Origin: the human T2T-CHM13v2.0 reference genome, Homo sapiens
Assembly: GCF_009914755.1 (NCBI RefSeq)
Contig: NC_060929.1
Direction: 5' to 3' (one strand)
DNA length: 64,000 nt
A model generated the notes under the pieces. It ran no database searches. It saw only the letters and a program-made list of their open reading frames with translations, and was not told the DNA's origin. Shown piece after piece: positions 14,707 through 28,700 of this stretch. Made by a program: the position numbers and the translations under genes. Position 1 is the first letter of the stretch. Each line of letters opens with the position of its first letter.

Positions 14707-16039
14707 AAGCCTGCCCTACCAGAACAAAAGCGCATTCATTCTTAGTAAATTGCTAGTGAATTTCCTTCTCAAGGGTCTCAAAAAGGCTCTTTATTAACAT
14801 ATACTGCCATCTCTAGGATGCAGTACATTTGCCCAATGGCCAGAGCTCTAGTGGGTATGGGTACCTATGAAGCTTAGATCATGCAGAGAGATATGAGTTA
14901 ACCAAAATAGAAGAGAATTTTGGGTGGGGGACAAGCAATTAGCTATATCAGAATTTGGCTGGGGCAATAAGAATATAAAAATGGAGACACAGCTCCCTGG
15001 TTAATTTTAGTAGCCTTGTAGAAATTTGAGATAAACTGACAAGAACCCTGGCCTTCATTGACAAGAGCTTTAGCTGCATTGTAAGCCACTGGTTCAAGCT
15101 CATGCATTTGGAACTTCTCTTGATTGTATCTACATCTCTTAGGAAAGAAGTGAGGAATAGAAAAATACAAATGTTTGAGACTAATAAAGAAGTATGTAAG
15201 ATATGAAAATTCATCTAATAACTGAGAAATCAGAATTGCAAAAGATTTTTCATGAGAGTTGAGTCATTTCCTCTAATTTTTAGAATTAGGTTTCTTTTTT
15301 TAAAGCTATAGATCTTGTAATACCTGTTCTCTATGAAATTAGAGCATGAATATCCACCAACTATTCATTAAACAAATATGTATTGATAGTCTGATATTTT
15401 GTTGGCCTTGGACTTAATCAAAAGGCAAGTAAGAGTGGCATGATCAGATCTTGTGTCCCAAAGCAACTGAGAATAAACTTCAAAATAAAATTTGATTTTA
15501 AAAATACTAAATTTTTGTTTATTGCTTCTTCACTACGTAACGTTGTGCGTTTAATAAGCACTGTCTGCCTGCCATGTTTATCTTCTATGAGTTCCCACAG
15601 CACTTAAAGCATGCACGGTAATCCCAGTGTTTGTGACTATGTAAATGTGGTTTCAAGCGGGCCGGGGCTTGGTCCTTGAGAGCAGAGAGTCCATCATGCT
15701 TTCCATATCAAGCTGGGGTGGAGGAATTGAAGAGGGTGTACAGGTGTGGACTCAGGAGCCAAAGGGCTGTTAGATGGAAATACATTTTAGATCATTGATG
15801 GTTTTGTACTACCTGTGCTTCTATTTCTTCTCAATATCATCTGGCTTTTTTTTCCATGATGAAACAGAGCAATTTTTGAGATGTGTATATACTTTCAGTT
15901 CATGGAGAACTAAAACTATGTACCCTCCTAAAACTTCTGCCCAATACTCCCCTGACACACATACAGCTAGACAACAAATCTACATGCAGATAGAAATGGT
16001 TTTATTACCATCACTTAATTACCCCTGTCCTCATTAACG

Positions 16040-16372
16040 TCACTTACTATTCCAGGAGATTCTTGCCAATGCAAATAACTTGATTGTTCAATCCAGAAAC
16101 TTGTAGAAAAACCTACTGACTCTTCCATGGAAAGTATCAAAAGACAGTTTGTGCCCTAAGACATACTGAATTCCTGTTTCTACCAATCCTGAATGGTGGC
16201 AAGTCTTAGCATTGGGAGATTCACCTTAAACCAGAATTCAAATTCTCCACAAAATCTCATCTCCCTCCTCCCAGGCACTGCCAAAGCTCCCTTGAGTGCT
16301 GTCCCCCTTACCACAGTAAGAAATAAATTCAGCTTTGTTTCAGCAACAGGTTGTGTTGATGATCTTTAGGGC
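16040..16372 (+). mobile_element. Old ERV1 LTR fragment (MER90/MER110-like)
   Basis: ccttaccacagtaagaaataaattcagctttgtttcagcaacaggttgtg, LTR poly(A)/U5-like region. Confidence 0.4.
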
Positions 16373-17819
16373 GGCGGCCCTGGGCACCATGGAGGACCAC
16401 TTTTTCACTAGAAACTCAAGCAGATAAGGGCATCTGAGGCAGCTGCTAGTTGGCAACACTTAAGTAACACTAGAAAAATTACCGAATAACACTTCGGGTT
16501 TGTATATTTTCATTAGTGAGGCTTATTTTTGGTCTGTGTTCATAATGCTTTTTTTTCCCCATGAGTCAATTTATTTCTTTGTATTAGAACAAATAAGACT
16601 TATATAGGGCAGTGGCTAGTTCAGCTTTAGATTTAATCAGTCTCTTAAAGATATGACTTAATGTAGGCAATTTACTGAAAGTTTCAAAGAGATATATTAC
16701 AATAAGAAAAGGATGACAGATGTGATTTGCTGTAAGCTCACTGCTAGGCTGAGTTAATCTCAGATGACTAATCAATTTGGTCTCATTTGAAGCTTAAACT
16801 AAAGGTGCTTTTCTCTTTTCTTTTCTAATAATTTTTCACCACAGGCTTTGATGTTTTTGTATGCAGAGGCAAGCTTATCAGAGAAGTTTGAGACAAAAAT
16901 AAAAAGTTTACGTGGTGCTATGAATGAAACAGATGAATTTCAATGTCTATAGGAAGAGGTTGAGCTCTTTGGAATAAAGCAAAGCATATTCAATACTGAA
17001 GAGGGAATTCAACTACATTGCATAATGCACTAAAATCCTTCCTGAGAATCCTCATCTCAAAGGATTTGCTGAAAAATATATTAATACATTTTCCCTGAGA
17101 TTTTTCATGGTTCATTGAGACACCTAGAGACGGCTCTTTTCTGGCGTGCACCATTTAGACAGTGCAGCGCTAATGGGTATTAAAGACGCAGCACTGTTAC
17201 CTTGAAGATACAAGCTCATGGAAGATATATGTGCATGGGGCCACAAAATGCATTTGATCTTCTACTTTGTGTTCATGTGTTTGAATTTGTTTAAGGCAAG
17301 CTTATTTTGGTAATTAAAGCTTAGGAGTTCTTGGCAGTTTTTTCCTCTTAAAGGAATAATAAAACTGGCTCTCTCTTTTTATCAAACTCTGCACATGTGT
17401 AGGAGAATATAATGACAGGTACTTGGGATTCCAGCTTCTGTGTGGTTGCAGATTACTCTTTAGTGGCGACACTGCTTCATTGTTCCATTATTTACCAGTG
17501 GGCTTCTTGGAAGAATGCAGATGTGATGACCAAATAGAAAACCTTGTTGAAAGGAGTAAGTTGCTTTTTGGGAAAAATTAAGCATCTGCATTAGAAAGAT
17601 TTGTGCCTACAATAAAACGAAAATAAAAAAGGGTTTTGGAGAAAAGGCATCATCACAATAGGCTGGAGATAACTTTAAATATACTGAAAATGCTTAATCT
17701 CTTTTTCACAGAACAGAGGTGCTGAAAAACCTTTGCTTGGGAGCCTCCAAGGAACCGAAAGAAGCCCATGAAAGAACTGAGGCTAAGAGCAGCAACACGG
17801 CTACTGCTATGAAGCACGA

Positions 17820-18012
17820 GGACAATGATGGCAGTGAATTAACTCAGGGCCTGCCAAGTTCCAACTATTATTCTAAGTATTCTCTGTGTCTTCAATGGCT
17901 TCTAACAACAGCCCTAGGAGGTCAACACTGCAGTTCTTTCCATCTTAAACATGAAGACACAAAGGCACAGAGACAGAAAGTAACTTGCCCAAGGGAGTCA
18001 AGCTAGAAAATG
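17820..18012 (-). mobile_element. MIR
   Basis: aacaacagccctaggagg...catcttaaacatgaagacacaaaggcacagagacagaaagtaacttgcccaagg, MIR core. Confidence 0.7.
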
Positions 18013-18758
18013 TACAACAATGCCCAACACTTAGCCAGAAATAAAAGGTATGCAAGAGGAAAAGAACTAAGAGGAGTATTAGAGAAGACAAGGGAGCAGT
18101 AAGAAGCACATTTCCTACTACCTTCAGCAGAGGCTCCCTGCAAGCCCCAACTTGTAGTTTGGGTCCACTGGGATCCCCTCAGCTGCTCCCGCCTTCCCGC
18201 CAGTCCCCACGCTTGCCTCCCATCGTTCATCATCTCCCAGCTCCTCCTTGAAGACCGCACTTGCCCTTTGCTGGGCACTGCTGAAACTGAAGTTTTTGAG
18301 CATTTTCTCTGCGAAAGTTGAAGGCTTGCTATAGAGTCAGGGTGATTTAACATTTTCTGAATGACTCCAGGACTCTTTGGGGAGCATCATTTATTTTTCT
18401 ATATTATAATAATATTCTCACAAAGAGCTTCTGCCCTACACTAAGTGGTCCTAGATAGTTCCACGCTTGTGTTTATATAAAGAGCCTTTACATTTCCATC
18501 CTCTCCTATTGCCTATTTATTTCTCATTACTTTTTAAATATTCTCTACTGTTCAATGTTTGACTGAGAGCCTTAATGTGTTTTCTGAGAGCAATGCATGG
18601 GCTCTCTGGCAGCTCTGTCCCTGGCTGAAGCTGAGCAATGCCAAGGGTCCCATTTTCCACCTGGCATAGGAATGCTGGCTTGAAGTGTGGCAGGACTGAT
18701 TTCTTTTCTTGACACCACAGGCTTGATTGAGGAATGAATAACGGTTGGAGAAGGTAGA

Positions 18759-18818
18759 GTTAAGGACGTAGGTACTGAATGAACCAGGGTTAAGGACGTA
18801 GGTACTGAATGAACCAGG
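18759..18818 (+). repeat. Perfect 30-bp tandem duplication
   Basis: gttaaggacgtaggtactgaatgaaccagg x2 with no mismatch. Confidence 0.95.
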
Positions 18819-18832
18819 CTACCTAAACAAGT

Positions 18833-19291
18833 TGTGTGGAAGTCTTAAAGAACCCATCAGAATGGCATAAAGGTTACTTTAAACTTAAAAGAAGCCTTTT
18901 CTGAGCTTCCTTCATTGACTAAAGGCTGAGCTTTCTGAGAATGCAGCTGCCATAAGTCCCCTCTGAGGAGGCTCCAGCCAAGAAGGAGAGACTGACTCTT
19001 AGCCCTGGGGTGAGACATGGCATAAACCAAACTTTATCAGAACTGCCATACCCCCATTTATTTCCCCTCGAAGCCCATTTGTTTCAACAGAAGCCCTATC
19101 TATCCACCCTTCCCCTATTAAGCTGGAATATAAACTACTACCCATACCCGTTCAGTGAGTTACTCATTACTGAGTACTTCCACACACAGGTGAATAAACC
19201 TTGTCTTTTCTCCTGTTAATGTGTCTATTGTCAAATTATTTGCAGTCTCCCACCTCCATCTCCCCAGTTAGGACCTAAGTTAGTAGAGGGA
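18833..19291 (+). mobile_element. ERV1 solo LTR, MER34-family-like
   Basis: ggcataaaggttactttaaac...aataaaccttgtcttttctcctgttaatgtgtc...ggacctaagttagtagaggga. Confidence 0.6.
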
Positions 19292-20099
19292 TGGCCTGGA
19301 GTCTGGAGCTGGGTGTGCTGGGGCATGTGCTATCTAAAGTAGCCAGTGCTGTGGAGGTTGGCTGTGATTGGGGGTACTGGGCTAGGTGATCTTTGGCTCA
19401 TGTAGGGAGGAGCAAGAGACAGAGAGAATGAGCTGCTACTGGCCTACACCCTAGGTCCTTGTGGATGGCAGGTACTGCCACAAGCCACAGGCAGGGTTGG
19501 CTCACGGTGGGATGTCTCTGTGTGCTGAGGACACAGAAAGCCAACCTGCAATAAAGTTGGGCTTGAGCTGATTTCCTGGCTGCAGAACAAAATCCCATGG
19601 TCACGGCACACATGGTAGTGCAGGTTCTCAGATACACTGACCCATGAGTACTGAATTCCAACATGAGTAGTTGCAACATGCAGTGACCTGGATCACGGAG
19701 ATGGGGCGGAGTGTCTCCCACCATCAGGCTTTTGCTAAGTACATGCTTGAATAAAAATTAGAAGTTTAAACAATGACTTTTGTTTCTGAGAATAAATGTT
19801 TCACATTTCAATACTATTAGTGAATCTTTCTGAAATGGAGAATCTAAATAAATGCCTAGCCTTGAGTCACAATACGTAGTGATGCCTTGAACATAGAATC
19901 ACTTTGTTAATGTTCATTGACTGATTATCTTGGATTTCTGCTAAGGAAATATTGAAAAATGAGATGTAGAAAACAAATGGAAATGAATCTGGGAAAAAGT
20001 TTTAGTGTTTAGTATATATTAAAACCTGATGTGATACATATAGCTCATTTCAAAATAATGACATATTTGCCCCTCCAATTTGCTAAGGTATTTTAAAAA

Positions 20100-20242
20100 T
20101 TATTATTTTGTTATTATAATTTCTAGAAACAGGGGTCTCACTGTCTTTCCCAGGCTGGTCTCCAACTCTTGGGCTCAAGCGATCCTTCTGCCTTAGCCTC
20201 CCGAGCAGCTGGGACTACAGGCATGTGTTATTGTGCCCAGCT
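20100..20242 (-). mobile_element. Free left Alu monomer (FLAM)
   Basis: ggggtctcactg...gggctcaagcgatcc...tgtgcccagct. TSD tgctaaggtattttaaa / tgcttaagtattttaaa. Confidence 0.85.
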
Positions 20243-20437
20243 TGCTTAAGTATTTTAAATTCATGGGCTCATTGCACAATCTTAATAGCACTTGACTTGA
20301 GTTTTGAAGGTCCTAAGAACTTTTGTAAGTAATAATTTAGAGCTCAGTGAGAAGCAGCTTCATATGAATGGAAAGGGCAGTGCCATTCATAAGAGGAAAT
20401 GGCTGAACTAGCTAGGGCTAACACTGCAATGCAGATA

Positions 20438-20557
20438 TGTGATGCTCAGCCTGGGCTGTGTATCAGAATCCCCTGGAGGGCTTCTATAGATAGAGAGAAG
20501 CTCAGGCCGCATGCCAGAGACTCAGATTCAGGAGCCTTCAGGTCTGGTCAGGGCCAG
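20438..20557. mobile_element. MER5-like fragment
   Basis: ctcagcctgggctgtgtatcagaatcccctggagggctt...agagactcagattcagg. Confidence 0.55.
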
Positions 20558-20879
20558 TGTCACTCTTCATGTCTGAAGGTGATTTCACACTGAGTACCTT
20601 TCATTTAATCATTTGTGTGTGGAATCCAGTCTTGTGCTGCATTGGTGTGACATCCATCTATCTACCACTATCATTGTCCCTTGATCTGCACTATAGAAAA
20701 TCACATGCTTTTGCCAAAATCTCTCCTCCAGCTCAGGTCTCCAAGTATAGGACAGCTATCTCAAGACCAACATTCTGGATTGTCAAAACCAGAAAATGGT
20801 TTCATTGATAAAGTAAGCAGGAAACAAGAGAAAACAGGAAGTTTAATGAGGAGTATATTCATCTAATGGGGTGGGTTGT

Positions 20880-23189
20880 TGATATGGTTTGGCTGTGTCC
20901 CCACCCAAATCTCATCTTGAATTGTAACTCCCACAATTCCCACGTGTTGTTGGAGGGACCCAGTGGGAAGTAATTGAATCATGGGGACAGGTCTTTCTCG
21001 TGCTGTTCTCACGACAGTGAATAAGTCTTATGAGATCTCATCATTTTAAAAATGGGAGTTCCCCTGCACAAACTCTCTCTTTTTGCCTGCTGCCATCCAC
21101 GTAAGATGTGACTTGCTCCTCCTTGCCTTCCACCATGATTGTCAGGCCTCCCCAGCCATGTGGAGCTGTAAATCCAATAAACCTCTTTCTTTTGTAAATT
21201 GCCCAGTCTTGGGTATGTCTTTATCAGCAGTGAGAAAATGGATTAATACAATACATTGGTACCAGTAGAGTGGGGTGCTACTGAAAAGTTACCTGAAAAT
21301 GTGGAAGTGGCTTTGGAACTTGGTAACAAGTAGAGGTTGGAACAATTTGAAGGGCTCAGAATAAGATAGAAAAATATGGGAAAGTTTGGAACTTCCTAGA
21401 GACTTGTTGAATGTTTTTGCCCACAATAATGACAGTGATATGGACAATAAAGTCCAGGCTGAGGTGGTCTCAGATGGAAATGAGGAACTTCTTGGGAACT
21501 AGAGCAAAGGTAACTCTTGTTATATTTTAAAAAAGAGACTGGCAGGAATTTGCCCCTGCCCTAGAGATTTGTGGAACTTTGAACATAAGAGAGATGATTT
21601 AAGGTATCTGGTGGAAGAAATTTCTAAGCAGCAAAGCATTCAAAAGGTGACTTGGGTACTGTTAAAAGCATTTGGTTTTATAAGGGAAGCAGAGCATAAA
21701 AGTTTGGAAAACTTGCAGTCTGACAACGTGATAGAAAATAAAATTCTATTTTCTGGGGAGAAATTCAAGCCAGCTGCAGAAATTTGCATACGTAATGAGG
21801 AGCTGAATGTTAATCCCCAAGACAATGGGGAAAATGTCTCCAGGGCATGTCAGAGGTCTTCACAGCAGCACCTCCCACCACAGGCCTGGAGGCCTAGGAG
21901 GAAAAAGTGATTTCCTGGGCTGGGTCCAGGGTCCTCATGCTTTGTGCAGCCTAGGGACTTGGTGTCCTGCATCCCAGCTGCTCCAGCCATGGCTTAAAGG
22001 GGCCAATGGAGACCTCAGGCCATGGCTTCAGAGGGTGCAAGCCCCAAGCCTTGGCAGCTCTCATGTGGTGTTGAGACTGCAGGTGCACAGAAGTCAAGAA
22101 CTGAGGTTTGGGAACCTCTGCCTAGATTTCAGAAGATGCATGGAAACGCCTGGATGTCCAGGCAGAAGGGACAGGGTCCTCATGGAGAACCTCTGCTCGG
22201 GCAGTGCGAAGGGAAATGTGGGATGGGAGCCCACACACAGAGTCCCTACTGGGGCACCACCTAGCGGAGCTGTGAGAAGAGGGCTACCATCCTCCAGACA
22301 CCAGAATGGTAGATCCAATGACCTCTTGCATCGTGAAGCTGGAAAAGTCACAGACACTCAATACTAGCCCATGAAGGCAGCTGGGAGGGAGGCTATCCCC
22401 TGCAAAGCCACAGGGGTGAAGCTGCCCAAGACTATGGAAACCTACCTCTCACATCAGGATGACCTGGATGTTAGACATGGAATCAAAGCAGGTCATTTTG
22501 GAGCTTCAAGATTTGACTTCCACACTGGATTTCAGACTTGCATGGGTCCTGTAGCCCCTTTGTTTTGGCCAATTTCTCACATTTGGAATGGCTGTATTTA
22601 CCCAATATCTCTACCCCATTGTATCTAGGAAGTAACTAGCTTGCTTTTGATTTTACAGGCTCATAGGCAGAAGGGACTTGCCTTGTCTCAGATGAGACTT
22701 TGGACTGTGGACTTTTGAGTTAATGCTGAAATGAGTTAAGACTTTGGGGGACTCTTGGGAAGGCATGATTGGTTTTGAAATGTGAGGATATGAGATTTAG
22801 GAGGGGCCAGTCACAGAATGATATGGTTTGGCTGTGTCCACACCCAAATCTCATCTAGAATTGTAACTCCCACAATTCCCACATGTCATGGGAAGAACCT
22901 AGTGGGAGGTAACTGAATCATGGGGGCAGGTCTTTCTTGTTCTGTTCTCACAACAGTGAATAAGTCTCATGAGATCTGATGGTTTTAAAAGGAGGAGCTC
23001 CCCTGCACAAACTCTCTCTCTTTGCCTGCTGCCATCCACATAAGATATGACTTGCTCCTCCTTGCCTTCCACCATGATTGTTAGGCCTCCCCAGTCATGT
23101 GGAACTGTAAGTCCAATAAACCTCTTTCTTTTCTAAATTGCCCAGTCTCAGGTATGTCTTTATCAGCAGCGTGAAAACGAACTAATACA
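20880..23189 (+). mobile_element. Full-length THE1 (THE1A/B-like) MaLR element: LTR 20880-21250, internal 21251-22818, LTR 22819-23189
   Basis: Two 371-bp LTRs tgatatggtttggctgtgtcc...ctaataca flank a ~1.57-kb THE1-int that begins ...ggtaccagtagagtggggtg. Confidence 0.93.
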
Positions 23190-24599
23190 GTCTTGTACAT
23201 CATCCGTACTACAGAGCTGGGTTTTAGCTATGAGCACAGAAGCATCATGAATCTGTTGGAAATTTGAAGGCAGAATCACCATGATTTCCCATTTCATGTC
23301 AGTCACAGACATTTCTGAAAATAGCTTGGGACAAAAATCATGTTGTTTATAAAAACTCCTGTGGCATACAGAGCTACATATAAGATTAAAAAATCATTCA
23401 CCTACCACCAAGATTCAATTGAATGAAAAAAAGTATTCAATTTATAAGAAAAAGTATCACAGAAACTCTTTTTGAAATATATGTGTATATATATAGATAT
23501 ACCCATACACATGAATATATACATTCATACCATATTTATATAAAAAATGGTAATTTTGTTGAGGCTTATCTAGGATTTGAAGAAAAAGGAAGAAGTAAAA
23601 TATTTTTTCCTGCAAAATAAGGAGAGCTTGACTACAAGGTGTCTAATGGTCCTCTATCAATTAGATTTATAACTTCTGGGAGCATTTGCCTCCCTGCAGG
23701 CTATTCTCACTTCTAAATGTTTGACAGAGTCTCCTGCCAAGCCATGCACACAGCTGAAAAATGGAAGATAAGTTCACAACCACAGCATTTGCAGGGACGG
23801 CTCAAGGGGTGGGAGCTACCCCCACTGCATTTATAAAGGTACTAGCAAAGAAGCATTTCCATTCATTTTCATTATAATATATTCCATGGATAAATAACTT
23901 GGCACTGCACCTATGGGCCCCTAAAACAATTTCCTCCACATGGAAAACTGATCAAGACAGAATGACTAGGTACGTGGTCCTGTGCACAGGGATTCATCAA
24001 GTCCCAGAAGCCATATAGTAAAGGATGACTACACACACACACACAAATTACCTGACAGATAAAAATTTCAGGAGTAAGATGTGACCATTCGGAATAATAA
24101 GCCTAAAGAAATAAAAGTAAGACAGATAATACCCAACACGAGAGTCTAGACTCGTGGATGGAAATTCAGACTTCTGATCAGTCTCAACTGATTGGCCTTT
24201 TCCTCATGTCCCATATTTTTTCCTGGGGTGGATAAACAGCCAAGATGCCTCAACAGTAGTGGCATGAATAAATCTGTTTAAGTTTTGTTCTTAAACAAGT
24301 AAGAGGAACTTAAAATGGCTTCACGTGATGACCTACAGTCAACCTAAAATAATCTGAACATGTGTGGTCTTATAATTTTCAGTATCATCCACACAAGGAA
24401 ACATTACCTCTTGTCTTCTTTATTCCAAAGTAAAAATGAAGACAATTATGTAAGAAACCTGTCTTGGGTTAATGAGCCAAGAAATGCTTATCTACCTGTG
24501 GATGGGCATTTTATTTTAAGATGAGACTTCCTGTAGATGTTTCTGTACTTAGAGATTAACATAATTGGACCATGACTTTAACTATCTTTTTTTTTCTTT

Positions 24600-25756
24600 T
24601 TCACACTGATGACACACAGATTAATATCTCAGTCCTGAGCTCTAAATGAATATTGTCGGCTTTCTACGTGGCATGTCCCCTTTCATGTCTCACAGATATT
24701 TCAAACTTTCAGTCCAAAATCAAAGTTGTGATCTACCATCCCCTCCCCTCCTCTGTCTTTTTTTGCCACTTACGGCATTTTGTATTTCATCCATCAGCAA
24801 ACCTTGCTGGTTCCACCTTCAAAATACTTTTTCTACCCCTGTGCTACAACTCTGGTCCTGGACAGCATGAGCTCTTTCCCAGACTCCTGAATCCAAGTCC
24901 TCACTGCTCTTCCATCTTATCTACTGTCTAGTGTTCAACCAGCAGCCGGAGAGGACTTTTAGTAATAAACATCTGATCATGCTTTCATGAGCCAAAACTC
25001 TCAGAGAAAAATCCAACTTCCTTATCCAGGCTGAAAGGTATCCCGCACTCACCATCAGCATCTCTGACCTTTCCCTGCCTCGTTTTCCAGCTACAACAAC
25101 ATTGACCTTGTTCCTGTTTTTGCCACCTGCGAACCTCTCTCCTGCACCAGGGGTTTTGCTCTTGCTGCTCCCTTGCCCAGATGGTGTAAGGTCTGGCTCC
25201 TGTCCATCTCTTAGGATTTACCTCTTCATAGACTTCTTTCCTGACCACCCCATTCAACATTCCCTTCCCCTTGTCACTCTCTAAACCCTTACCCTATTTT
25301 ACTCATGTCTGAAGTGGAAAGTAGATATTGTTTTCTTTCTCTTTTTTTTTTAGACAAAGTTTTGTTCTTGTCACCTAGGCTGGAGTACAGTGGTGCAATC
25401 TCGGCTCACTGCAGCCTCCTCCTCCTGGATTCAAGTGATTTTCCTGCCTCAGCCTCTGGAGTAGCTGGGACTATGGGCACCCACTACCACACCCGGCTAA
25501 TTTTTATATTTTTAGTAGAGATGGGGTTTCACCATGTTGGGCAGGCTGCTCTCGAACTCCTGACCTCAGGTGATCTGTCTGCCTCGGCCTCCCAAAGAGC
25601 TGAGATTACAGGCGTGAGCCACTGCACAGGGCCTGTTTGCTTATTTTTGAGACTATTTTCACCACTAGGCTGTAAGCTCCACAAAGCAGAAACTTTGATG
25701 TGCTATGACTGGTACATAGTAGGCACTCAAAAAATATTGGTCAAATGAATGAATGA
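24600..25756 (+). mobile_element. L2 3' portion, interrupted by an Alu
   Basis: ccatcagcaaaccttgctggttccaccttcaaaata...; terminal acatagtaggcactcaaaaaatattggtcaaatgaatgaatga. Confidence 0.75.
25338..25633 (-). mobile_element. AluS (Sx-like)
   Basis: T-tail, ggctggagtacagtgg...ctcgaactcctgacctcaggtgatc...cagggcc. Confidence 0.92.
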
Positions 25757-28700
25757 GGAGATAAATTAATTCCACATCTTGGAAGTTAGTACACAAGGAT
25801 AAAATTACACTAAACCCTTGAAATATCCAACTATGTATTAGCATATTTTGCCAACTGTATTAAATAATCACATTAGACTTTCATGGTATGAACAATGAAT
25901 TGTGGCACTTCTATTTTGAAAGCTGGACTTGTTTATATTTAATTAGTCCCTGGGAATTTTTAAATACTGTACTCATTGTCCCAATAATGATACTCTATAT
26001 GAAGATAAGAAATTATGATCTAGCATAAAATTCTCACTGTAGTCTTAATTAGCTTCAAATGCAACCCCTAAATCTTGCCTGGTGTTTCATACCACACAGT
26101 TGGCTGCTTTTCTCTTTACGTGAGCTCCCTCTGGGGAACTGCAGCTCAAAAATGGCATTTGTGGAAATGACTTGGGAAAGCCCGAGCTAATTCATCAGAC
26201 AAGCACATTCTTCTAATGTTAACCCTTGACTACATGGGAACAACGCCAAGCTCATAGCTATAGTTCCACTGGGGGCAGGCTCCCCTGGGGCAGACTCCAA
26301 AAGGAGCCCTGTGTGCTGTCGGGGACCGCGTAAAGGCTTGCCAGGGGGATACAGGGTTTGGGGTTTTAAGGGAATCCATTTTCAGATTCTCGACCTCCTT
26401 ATGCACTCTGAACAAAACTGATCTGCCTGAAAAACGTGCTTGCATGTTCTTTCACACGTTCCCTTCTCTTGTTTTACAAAACCAGGTCAATTTTCTCCCT
26501 GCTGCAATGGCAAACATTCTCTGAGATGAAGCCAAGGGTATTGCTTAATGCCAGTGTCTGGGTTAAGGAGGAACAACCATGATGATGGACAATTCATCGT
26601 TTTCTTCAACGGGGCAGTTTCCAGTTCTTTACCTTCAACAAGATTGAAGGAAGACTGAACAAAGTTGACAGTTAACAGATCATTAAAAATAACTTGATGA
26701 CGGATCCCAATGAGATATTTAAACATCAATGCATAAGAAGTTCAAAGAATCAAGTAGCATTACTATAAGGAAAGACCATCTATTCTCTTTACCTTATATA
26801 TATGAGTAATGTTTCTCGGTATTTAAATCTATAAAAACAACAAAAAAGAGAATAAAATGAGACAACCTTGTTCAATCAAGCAATAAGTTATATTATTTTT
26901 GAATATATGAATGGATAGGGAAAAAAGGCTCATCCATCTGGTGAATGCATTTCCAATACAATTTTACATTTTATATTGAATAACTTTAATCAAGATAAAT
27001 GATATATTATTTTGATCAATTTTATTCTGCTAATAACTACAGTAATAATCTGTAAGAAAGTTTTAATTTAAAGCCTAATACCATAAGAAATATTTACAAT
27101 ATATCTTAATTTGTATAAATTTTGTTTGCAAAGAGAATGAGCAATAAGACACTTTAAAGCATAAAATACATTAATCAGGGTAAAATTTTCGGGGGAGGTA
27201 GAAAGCTTATATGTTTGAGGAGCAAAAGGAATGACGTAGAATTTCTAATATTGATAAATAATCTGCTCACATATTGTTGAAGAAGATGATGTTGGGTACT
27301 AAACCACTGTGGTATCCAGATTTTTAAAGACATATTTAAAAGAGGGATGTGTCAGTTTTATTTTTAAAATGCCACCCGGGAAACTAAACTATATTCCTGG
27401 CAACAATTTAAATCTAAAAATGTGAGGGGGGTGGGGTTGGGGGGCATAGCTTTCCAAAAGTCTTTTAGAGAGTTAACAAGGAAAAATAAATTGCATACCC
27501 CTACTCTTAAACATTCTGTTAATGATTTGCAATCATTAATTCTATCAATACGCTGACACAGGCATCCTCCAGCCTGTGTGTGGTCAGGCCATGCTGGGGA
27601 AGCACAGAGATCCTCCGAAAGAACAGGGCATCTTCTCTCAAGGAGATTACCAGCATGGGTCAGCCAGACCCAGGAGATGCCAGCAACAGGATAAGATGAC
27701 TTTAGAACTTCAGGGAACTTGGGGGTGGGGAGGGCTGGAAGAAATGGAGTCCTCTTAGGCATTTATAGGAAGGTCAAGGTGAAGGCAAGGTGTGTTCCCT
27801 TCCATTTCTTTCCATTTCTTTTCTCCAAGTAAAGATACCAGCTTGTTTCAGCCAAGTTGTCGGGCTATTTTTATGCACATATTTGAGCTCCCTCTTTTCT
27901 GTGTTTAAAATAAGGAATCTCACACGCCTTGGAATTTAGAAAGAAAACTAGGCAGAGACTAGCATCTAGTCACCGCATAACTGAGCAGAGACTAGATAAC
28001 AATCATATAGACTGTGAAAAGTCCTGAACCTGGAGACTTCATAACCAATCAGAGGCTGATTCCCACCATCCGGGAGGAAGAACAGGGCTCAGAGTGGAAG
28101 GATGAGAAGAGAGGAGTCTGCAGAAGATGTGCCTTCGAGATAGAGAACATTCCATGCGCTCCCTCCCCTCCTTCTCCGGTAACTGTCCCCACTCTTCACA
28201 TGCAGTAAGGGTCACTTGGGATTGCTTATCTATTCTGCAGAAGACAAGACCAAAGTTGGCCTACAGCTGTTTAAACCCCCTACCTCATGCCTGGGTCTAC
28301 CAGCCCTGTCAGCTCTACCATCTAAACTCATCCCTTTGTCTCTTGCCAAAGCAAAACGGAGATATAGTTATTTTTCCTAAAAGTTCATCAGAATGCTTAA
28401 AGGAAAGTTATAAAGTAAACAAATTTATAGGAAAGTCTGTGTACCTGTCAATCACACTGTTACTATCTAGACTGATTCCTTATCTAATTAGACTAACTGG
28501 GATTTTAGGCAGTGGTGATTTGTTTTTTCTGCACCCAGTTCAAGCTGGTCGCTCAGCTTCCTTCAAGCCACCTAGGAGCTGGTGGGTTACAGATTAACCA
28601 GTTGGAGGGGTGGTTGTGGTTGTTCTTGTTACTGCTAGTTATTGTCTAAGCTGCAGTTTTCCTGCATTTCATTTTTATTCTAAACATTTCTACATCTTCC

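Noticed and set aside
21569-22628. ORFs up to 186 aa in the THE1 internal region
   Set aside because: Fragmented remnants of the MaLR internal region spread over several frames.
25305-25748. Alu-derived ORFs (also 43-297, 3389-3912, 29597-29988, 32172-32661, 53337-53848, 58046-58237)
   Set aside because: Typical Alu translations ([23 protein letters not shown]); not genes.
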